Virus record (IMG/VR): IMGVR_UViG_3300020403_000019
Span: 1-48,818 of that record
Strand: one strand, 5' to 3'
From: a virus
Lineage: Duplodnaviria; Caudoviricetes
Length of the DNA: 48,818 nt
Below are positions 9,947-15,046 of the stretch, piece after piece (position 1 is the stretch's first letter; every line of letters begins with the position of its first letter). The notes beneath the pieces are model-generated. The model worked only from the letters and a program-made list of their open reading frames with translations, searched no databases and was not told the origin of the DNA. The position numbers and the translations under genes were made by a program.

Positions 9947-11624
9947 TGTTTTCTTCTTTTTCTTTTTCTTTGTGAGCTTCAATAACTTGCTCTACGTTCT
10001 TTGCCTTAGCGAGCTTTTCAACTTGCTTTCTGGACAATCCGCCAAGAACGTTTTTCTTGTACTTTGTGGCCTGCATATCTTTTTGAGCAGGAGCACAAGT
10101 TTTACCAATTTTTGTAGTTCCTGCGGGACAACGCCCGAGGACCTTACCCTTATAATATACCATAGAATCGGCATATTCGGGGTTACGGGATAACTTAATT
10201 AGCTCGAGGTAATCTGCCTCGGTCATATTAGCTTTAGCCTTTTTACGGGCTTCTCTAGCTTCTTTGTTAATTTTAGAGGAAAGAGTTTTAATCTCTCCCT
10301 CTCTTCTTGATACGTCTTGTGCTATATCAAGTAATTGTTGATCAATTTTTTTAATTTGCTCTCTCTTTTGGAGGCCTAATTCATTAATAAGCTTTTCTTT
10401 AAGAGCAGGATATCCTATAAATCCCCCACCGCCTCCTCTTCCTGTGGATCTTTCTTTTCTAGGAGGATATGTAGAAAGACCAGCGGCATCCGCCATAGCC
10501 TTCAACATTTGCTGACCTCCGGTACCTTTTGCTTCCATTACATCTTCTATTGAAGTACTTCCAAATCCGTTATTTGTAAAATAACCTTTATAAGAAGATC
10601 TTGTTATGTTCTGAAGCTCTTGTTGCAAAACCGTTCTCCTTTCTTGATCTGGAGTTACTGATAACTTTTCCTGTAATTTTTTTCTAACAGCCTCGTCCGT
10701 TAAAGATCCTTTAAATTGATTAAATCTTGCTTCAACGTACTCCCAGTTATCAGGGCCGTCAATACCACCGTTATCCAAAGAGACTCTATGGTCTAGCTGA
10801 GTATCAGAAAAGGGTATTACTTTTCCAGTAATTGCACTAACACCACCGGTTTGTAAATAAAACTTTATTACAGACCTTGCTCTAGCAACATTTGCCATGC
10901 CTTTAGGAGGGTCTCCCTTCTTACCCATTCTATTAATAAATTGAGTCCAAGGTTTACCCCTTCCAACAACATCTTTTAGCATTCCGATAACTTCATCTAC
11001 GTCGCTATCTTCTATTTGTTTGTTAGGAATAGTTGGCTTATTACCATTTAAAACACTTTGATAAGCCTCTAGGTCTTCTCTAGATAAGGTGTTTCTTCCA
11101 GCTCCTTTTGTTTGAGAAGAAGCCTGGATTAATAATCCGACCATCTCCTTTAAGTACTCGTTTTTAGTAGATTCTCTTTGCTCTTGTTTATCAGAAAGCT
11201 TTGGCTGTTTTCTTTTCTCTAGTTCTTTAACTTGGTTTTGCGTATCTTCAGATAAAATTTCTGCAAGGATCTTATCAGCAGCTTTCTCAAGCTCAGGAGA
11301 GGGTTGGTCTCCCCTATCTTCTTTAATAGGGGCTTGGGTTTTTTGTTGTGGCCTTTGAGCAGGTTTTGTTTGAGTTCTTACATATTGCCAGCGCTTTGTG
11401 CTTGGATTCAAAGCAACTGGCTTTCCGTCTTCTGATCTCCAAGCCATTGCATTTTCTGGCTTGCCTGGTGCGAGTTTAATTTGAGCAAATTCTATAAAAC
11501 CAACGACGTCTTGGCCTTCTAACGCCGGGGCTCCATTGTCGGTTAGTTCACTATGACTAACCCATTCAGTCTCCGAAGAAACGCCCCAATCTTCTGGGGC
11601 TTCGTAATTAATATTGTCTTTCAT
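9939..11624 (-). CDS. Large HNH-domain protein (561 aa)
   Basis: QLDHRVSLDNGGIDGPDNWEYVEARFNQFKG HNH motif; preceded by GTTTAAAG and an AGGAG Shine-Dalgarno-like sequence. Confidence 0.75.
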   Translation of the reverse strand: MKDNINYEAPEDWGVSSETEWVSHSELTDNGAPALEGQDVVGFIEFAQIKLAPGKPENAMAWRSEDGKPVALNPSTKRWQYVRTQTKPAQRPQQKTQAPIKEDRGDQPSPELEKAADKILAEILSEDTQNQVKELEKRKQPKLSDKQEQRESTKNEYLKEMVGLLIQASSQTKGAGRNTLSREDLEAYQSVLNGNKPTIPNKQIEDSDVDEVIGMLKDVVGRGKPWTQFINRMGKKGDPPKGMANVARARSVIKFYLQTGGVSAITGKVIPFSDTQLDHRVSLDNGGIDGPDNWEYVEARFNQFKGSLTDEAVRKKLQEKLSVTPDQERRTVLQQELQNITRSSYKGYFTNNGFGSTSIEDVMEAKGTGGQQMLKAMADAAGLSTYPPRKERSTGRGGGGGFIGYPALKEKLINELGLQKREQIKKIDQQLLDIAQDVSRREGEIKTLSSKINKEAREARKKAKANMTEADYLELIKLSRNPEYADSMVYYKGKVLGRCPAGTTKIGKTCAPAQKDMQATKYKKNVLGGLSRKQVEKLAKAKNVEQVIEAHKEKEKEENND

Positions 11625-11647
11625 GCTCTATAGCATTATCTCCTCTA

Positions 11648-11675
11648 CTTTAAACTGAGATCATTCAGTCTAAAG
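11648..11675. promoter_or_regulatory. Divergent candidate late promoters (GTTTAAAG on minus, GTCTAAAG on plus)
   Basis: Minus copy at 11655-11648 before the 11624 start; plus variant at 11668-11675 before the 11697 start. Confidence 0.55.
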
Positions 11676-11696
11676 ATCGAAGTAAAAATCAATATT

Positions 11697-12914
11697 ATGG
11701 GTAGTTTTTCTCACGGGCATATAATTCCTTTGGTTGGTGGATCGGTTGTAGGCACAACCATCGCTCTCGGTCGTGATCCAGAGTGGATTGCATCATGGTC
11801 TGATACTTTCGGTCTGAACGATTCATTCTGTCTAAAATACTTTTCAGAAATTCCATTTTATAATTTGGATGAAGACGCTTATCCAAAGAAGTACGTAGAT
11901 ATCGTAACATCCTTGCCTCCCTGCGCGGGGTTATCTATGGCAAATACCACGAGTGGCGATACCGCAAATAACCCACGCGGTTGTTCGGCTCCCAGCAATA
12001 TGCATATGATTAATGCATCAGAGTACGCCATGAATACCATCAAGCCAAAAGCTATTATGGTAGAGAACGCACCCACCCTATTTTCCAAGATGGGAGAAGA
12101 GTTTGCTGAGCGGATAAACGGGCTAGCGCAGAAGCATGATTATACAATGAGTCTAGTTAAGACGTCAACAATCAAGCACGGAGTTCCTCAGGAGAGGACG
12201 CGTTCTTTCTTTTTCCTATGGAAGGGCAAGAAAGTGCCTTTGCTCCAGCCTATCAACAAAACCTATAAACAATTCCATAAATTCATTAAGGAAGGAGAGT
12301 TTGCTCCGAGCCCACTCGTGAACACAAAAGGCACGAAACCCTCTGACGATCCCCTCTGGCAGTTTATCAGAGAGAAATATAGAGGATCTACAACTCAAGA
12401 CATTCTGTCCATCGTAGCAGCTAAAAAGATGGTTAGTGTATGGGAAGTTATCTATAACTCTGGTTGGCTTGATGAGGCATGCGTAGCAGTTCGCGACGAA
12501 AGAATGAATCGTTGGTTAAATTATACCCGCGAGAAGAAAGCTGCTGGTAAGAATATCATGGATGGCTCGATGAAGTTGGCGTGGCATCGTACTCAAAGCC
12601 TAATGTGGAAGACTTTGCCCATGCTTATGCATCCTTACGAAGACCGCTGGCTCAATACATCTGAAGCACTAGGAATGATGGGTTTCCCTTATGAATTCAA
12701 TAAAAAAGTCCAAGTCGACTCTAAAAATTCTAATGTTATATGTCAGAACGTTCCTGCATGTACGGCTGGGGATTGGATCTCTGAAGTAGCCGCTGCTCTT
12801 GATGGCGAAAGAGACTGGATCGAGCCCGAGCTCAAAGACGACGGAACTCCAAAGATCCTCAGACAATCAAACGTTGTATCTAAGAAAACAATGGAGCCTA
12901 TCTGGGGCGTATAA
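11697..12914 (+). CDS. C5-cytosine DNA methyltransferase-like protein
   Basis: PPCAGLS (motif IV), VENAP (VI), PQERTR (VIII), RWL..SEA..MMGFP (IX), QNVP (X). Motif I is atypical (IPLVGG). Confidence 0.8.
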   Translation: MGSFSHGHIIPLVGGSVVGTTIALGRDPEWIASWSDTFGLNDSFCLKYFSEIPFYNLDEDAYPKKYVDIVTSLPPCAGLSMANTTSGDTANNPRGCSAPSNMHMINASEYAMNTIKPKAIMVENAPTLFSKMGEEFAERINGLAQKHDYTMSLVKTSTIKHGVPQERTRSFFFLWKGKKVPLLQPINKTYKQFHKFIKEGEFAPSPLVNTKGTKPSDDPLWQFIREKYRGSTTQDILSIVAAKKMVSVWEVIYNSGWLDEACVAVRDERMNRWLNYTREKKAAGKNIMDGSMKLAWHRTQSLMWKTLPMLMHPYEDRWLNTSEALGMMGFPYEFNKKVQVDSKNSNVICQNVPACTAGDWISEVAAALDGERDWIEPELKDDGTPKILRQSNVVSKKTMEPIWGV

Positions 12915-12945
12915 AAATAGGGGCTCAAAGGCCCCTTTGTTATTT
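12913..12945. terminator. Bidirectional intrinsic terminator
   Basis: AGGGGC-TCAAAG-GCCCCT stem (12919-12936) with T-rich tails on both strands, between convergent genes. Confidence 0.8.
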
Positions 12946-13098
12946 ATTGACTTTCCAGCTCTTACAGCCTCTTGATTTTAGATTAACCCACTTTGCGTAG
13001 TGGATTCCACGATAAGTCAAAAACGCAAAGGTCTTATCTGGATCGTGTTTTAATGGATCATATTCTGGAAGGTCATAAAACATCTTGACCTTCAGCAT
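12940..13098 (-). CDS. 52-aa peptide with DUF4278-like LTYRGIHY motif
   Basis: Hand translation MLKVKMFYDLPEYDPLKHDPDKTFAFLTYRGIHYAKWVNLKSRGCKSWKVNK; GGGGGGA SD-like sequence upstream. Confidence 0.75.
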   Translation of the reverse strand: MLKVKMFYDLPEYDPLKHDPDKTFAFLTYRGIHYAKWVNLKSRGCKSWKVNK

Positions 13099-13107
13099 AT
13101 TCCCCCC

Positions 13108-13203
13108 TTAAAATTTATGTAAAAGGAGAATCTCACCATAAATAAATGACATACAAGTAATCATACCAAGGGATGCGATCCCAACTAATTGGAATGCTTC
13201 CAT
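13108..13203 (-). CDS. 31-aa single-pass membrane peptide
   Basis: MEAFQLVGIASLGMITCMSFIYGEILLLHKF; starts 1 nt after the DUF4278 stop. Confidence 0.7.
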   Translation of the reverse strand: MEAFQLVGIASLGMITCMSFIYGEILLLHKF

Positions 13204-13204
13204 A

Positions 13205-13372
13205 TCACTTGTTGTATACGTGCCCGCGGTAGCAATATGTACCGTGGGCTTCTTTATGGTCTGCACAATTTACGTTGTACTCTACGCCGCGATAAGCAGT
13301 GTGAGTAATTTGTGCGTCGTGAAGTGCGGCAGCCTTGCTAAGCTGTCTTTTGATGATGTTAAGTGTGTTCAT
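13205..13372 (-). CDS. DUF4278-family peptide (55 aa)
   Basis: MNTLNIIKRQLSKAAALHDAQITHTAYRGVEYNVNCADHKEAHGTYCYRGHVYNK with two YRGxxY motifs; AGGAG SD at 13384-13380; lies downstream of a glutamine riboswitch motif, as is typical for the family. Confidence 0.85.
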   Translation of the reverse strand: MNTLNIIKRQLSKAAALHDAQITHTAYRGVEYNVNCADHKEAHGTYCYRGHVYNK

Positions 13373-13414
13373 TTGTTTACTCCTGAAGTAGTTGGATTTT
13401 TAGGCCCCGTTCCT

Positions 13415-13582
13415 TCAGTCGTTTGCGTCCCAGTAATGATTACAATGTGGTACAGAATCTTTAATAGTCTCTACCAACTCTAACTTGTACTCTGGCTTCA
13501 AACCCTCATGCTTATGAATCCGAAGGATTACAGCATCAGCGTCTGTACAGGCCATTTGTGCATAGAGTAGTAATTCAATCAT
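13415..13582 (-). CDS. 55-aa hypothetical protein nested in aptamer 2 (MIELLLYAQMACTDADAVILRIHKHEGLKPEYKLELVETIKDSVPHCNHYWDAND)
   Basis: Hand translation; GGAG SD at 13596-13593; the C-terminal WDAND codons are riboswitch core nucleotides. Confidence 0.8.
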   Translation of the reverse strand: MIELLLYAQMACTDADAVILRIHKHEGLKPEYKLELVETIKDSVPHCNHYWDAND

Positions 13583-13617
13583 GGGATGAACGCTCCGTTC
13601 CGCGACTTACTTGCGTC

Positions 13618-13818
13618 TTATGTAAAAGTTCCGCTGCATTCTTCTTCTACTTTAGTCTTCAAGTAACCTATTAGATTACGTTGAGATCTATAGTCTAGAT
13701 TGCTATCCGTGAGGATCTCAACACGACGCTGTAGAAATCTCTCACAACTCATATGCCATCCGTAGGGAGAGCCGTCATTGTGATGAGTTAGGACAAATGC
13801 TAATAGAAACTCTAGCAT
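13618..13818 (-). CDS. 66-aa hypothetical protein nested in aptamer 1
   Basis: ORF track; hydrophobic N-terminus and two Cys; start and stop codons both lie in the P2 stem. Confidence 0.8.
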   Translation of the reverse strand: MLEFLLAFVLTHHNDGSPYGWHMSCERFLQRRVEILTDSNLDYRSQRNLIGYLKTKVEEECSGTFT

Positions 13819-13831
13819 AAGATGAACGAAA

Positions 13832-13855
13832 GAAATGTATAAAATGTTACATTTC
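13832..13855. promoter_or_regulatory. NtcA-type binding site (GTA-N8-TAC)
   Basis: GAAATGTA-TAAAATGT-TACATTTC: perfect 8-bp arms containing TGTA-N8-TACA, immediately upstream of the riboswitch. Confidence 0.75.
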
Positions 13856-13867
13856 CTCTATGGCTAT

Positions 13868-13875
13868 CTTTAAAC
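13868..13875 (-). promoter_or_regulatory. Candidate phage promoter GTTTAAAG for the riboswitch cassette
   Basis: Same motif as elsewhere; overlaps the HNH stop codon (GTT TAA). Confidence 0.55.
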
Positions 13876-14364
13876 TAGATAGCAATATTCTTTCCACTCC
13901 TCGCACTTAGTTTGAGAAATGGTTAGGTCCAAGTGTGTCCTAGGACGAGTAGGCTTTCTGGCTAGCTTGAGACCAGATTGCTCAAGCATTTTGTTTGCTT
14001 TTTTGATATTACAGGAAGAGCATGCTACAACAAGGTTATCCCAGTCGTCACTACCACCCTTTGACTTAGGAACTACGTGGTCAATAGTAAGCCTTCTTGT
14101 AGAACCACAATATTGGCATTTATGACCGTCCCTAGTATAGATAGCGTTTCTACTGGGCTTTGCCCTCATCATCTTGGTAAATGGGATCTTAATGAAATTA
14201 ACAAGCCGAATTACTTTCTGACTTACAACCTGAGCTTTCTCTTTTAAGAGAAGAACAAAGGCTCTTTTCCAGGAGGTGATATTGATTGGCTCATAAGAAG
14301 CATTAAGAACAAGTATTTGTTCTCTAGCAAGTGAGTCAAGTTCTGTCAATATAGCCTGTTTCAT
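13870..14364 (-). CDS. HNH endonuclease (McrA-like, cyanobacterial type)
   Basis: LVLNASYEP N-terminus; RDGHKCQYCG...TIDHVVPKSKGG...NLVVACSSCNIKK. Confidence 0.9.
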   Translation of the reverse strand: MKQAILTELDSLAREQILVLNASYEPINITSWKRAFVLLLKEKAQVVSQKVIRLVNFIKIPFTKMMRAKPSRNAIYTRDGHKCQYCGSTRRLTIDHVVPKSKGGSDDWDNLVVACSSCNIKKANKMLEQSGLKLARKPTRPRTHLDLTISQTKCEEWKEYCYLV

Positions 14365-14521
14365 TACACCATTCGCAATCTTCTACCAAGTTGGGTAGTA
14401 TCTTTCCTTCTAGGGTTGTACATTGGATGATAAGGAATCCCCTACCATCGCAGTGGTGGCATTTAGTTTTTCCAAATGCCCTGTATTCTGTAGCCTTTTG
14501 ATCCTTATCAGGTTTCTTCAT
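14336..14521 (-). CDS. Small DnaJ-type zinc-finger protein
   Basis: CHHCDGRG...CEWCNETG; likely start MKKPDKDQ at 14521 (ORF track 14336-14596). Confidence 0.6.
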   Translation of the reverse strand: MKKPDKDQKATEYRAFGKTKCHHCDGRGFLIIQCTTLEGKILPNLVEDCEWCNETGYIDRT

Positions 14522-14969
14522 CTTTGTTGAAGTCAGCAGAAGCACAATTTCCTTGGAGTTCTTCGGCCGGGTTCTGAGAAGCAGACTCATCGCCATTGAC
14601 GTTGTGGTCTTTTCTCTTAGAGTTATAGTTCATCTTCTTTGCAGCAATCTCTGCAAATTCTTTACCGTCAATTCCTGCGTAAGCAAGAGCTGCGCGATGG
14701 AAGAGGAGAATATCAAACATTTCTGCCACAAACTCCTCTCGGAGTTCTTGGTTATCCAGGTAAGAAGGTTCGTTGTTCTTCCAGCTACGGCGAGGAACGT
14801 AGACCCGTGCCTCGATAGTTTCTTCGATGAGGTGGCTCAAGTATTCAATAACCTTTGCATAGCGCTCTTTTTGAGTCATGTAATCAAAAGGGCCGGGCTG
14901 ACCAGCAGCGGTGGCGTACTTTTGCTGGGAAACGTACCCTTCATTAATGAACTCAACGTAATCAAACAT
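14508..14969 (-). CDS. All-alpha dNTP pyrophosphatase (dimeric dUTPase / T4 gp56 dCTPase-like)
   Basis: EETIE...RRSWK...EMFDILLF...KMNYNSKR pattern of the MazG/dUTPase_2 superfamily. Confidence 0.7.
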   Translation of the reverse strand: MFDYVEFINEGYVSQQKYATAAGQPGPFDYMTQKERYAKVIEYLSHLIEETIEARVYVPRRSWKNNEPSYLDNQELREEFVAEMFDILLFHRAALAYAGIDGKEFAEIAAKKMNYNSKRKDHNVNGDESASQNPAEELQGNCASADFNKDEET

Positions 14970-14994
14970 AGCCTTTTAGAAAGTCTCTCCCAAT

Positions 14995-15003
14995 ATTATA
15001 TCA
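14995..15003 (-). promoter_or_regulatory. Extended -10 promoter (TGATATAAT)
   Basis: Directly after the terminator, about 25 nt upstream of the 14969 start. Confidence 0.6.
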
Positions 15004-15004
15004 T

Positions 15005-15030
15005 AAAAAAAGAGGGCCGTACAGACCCCC
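15005..15030 (-). terminator. Intrinsic terminator after nrdA
   Basis: GGGGGTC-TGTAC-GGCCCTC followed by T7. Confidence 0.75.
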
Positions 15031-15046
15031 TTACTCTTAATGTGTT

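Larger units (their letters stand above)
13407..13828 (-). ncRNA. Double glutamine riboswitch (glnA / Downstream-peptide class) with ORFs inside the P2 loops
   Basis: Two CGUUCAUC...GACGCAA...GGAACGG units. P2 stems UCUUAUG/CAUAAGA and UCCCA/UGGGA. AGUA and GAA E-loop strands; AGUCG/CGACU P3. Confidence 0.85.

Noticed and set aside
9947-9982. Poly-Lys start MKLTKKKKKKKT or a slippery-site frameshift
   Set aside because: It is the out-of-frame reading of the upstream gene's KEKEKEE tail; a coupled ATG at 9946 explains the gene.
13220-13483. Plus-strand 87-aa ORF in the ORF track
   Set aside because: Antisense shadow of the DUF4278 gene and riboswitch; the minus-strand ORFs have SD sequences, motifs and tight coupling.
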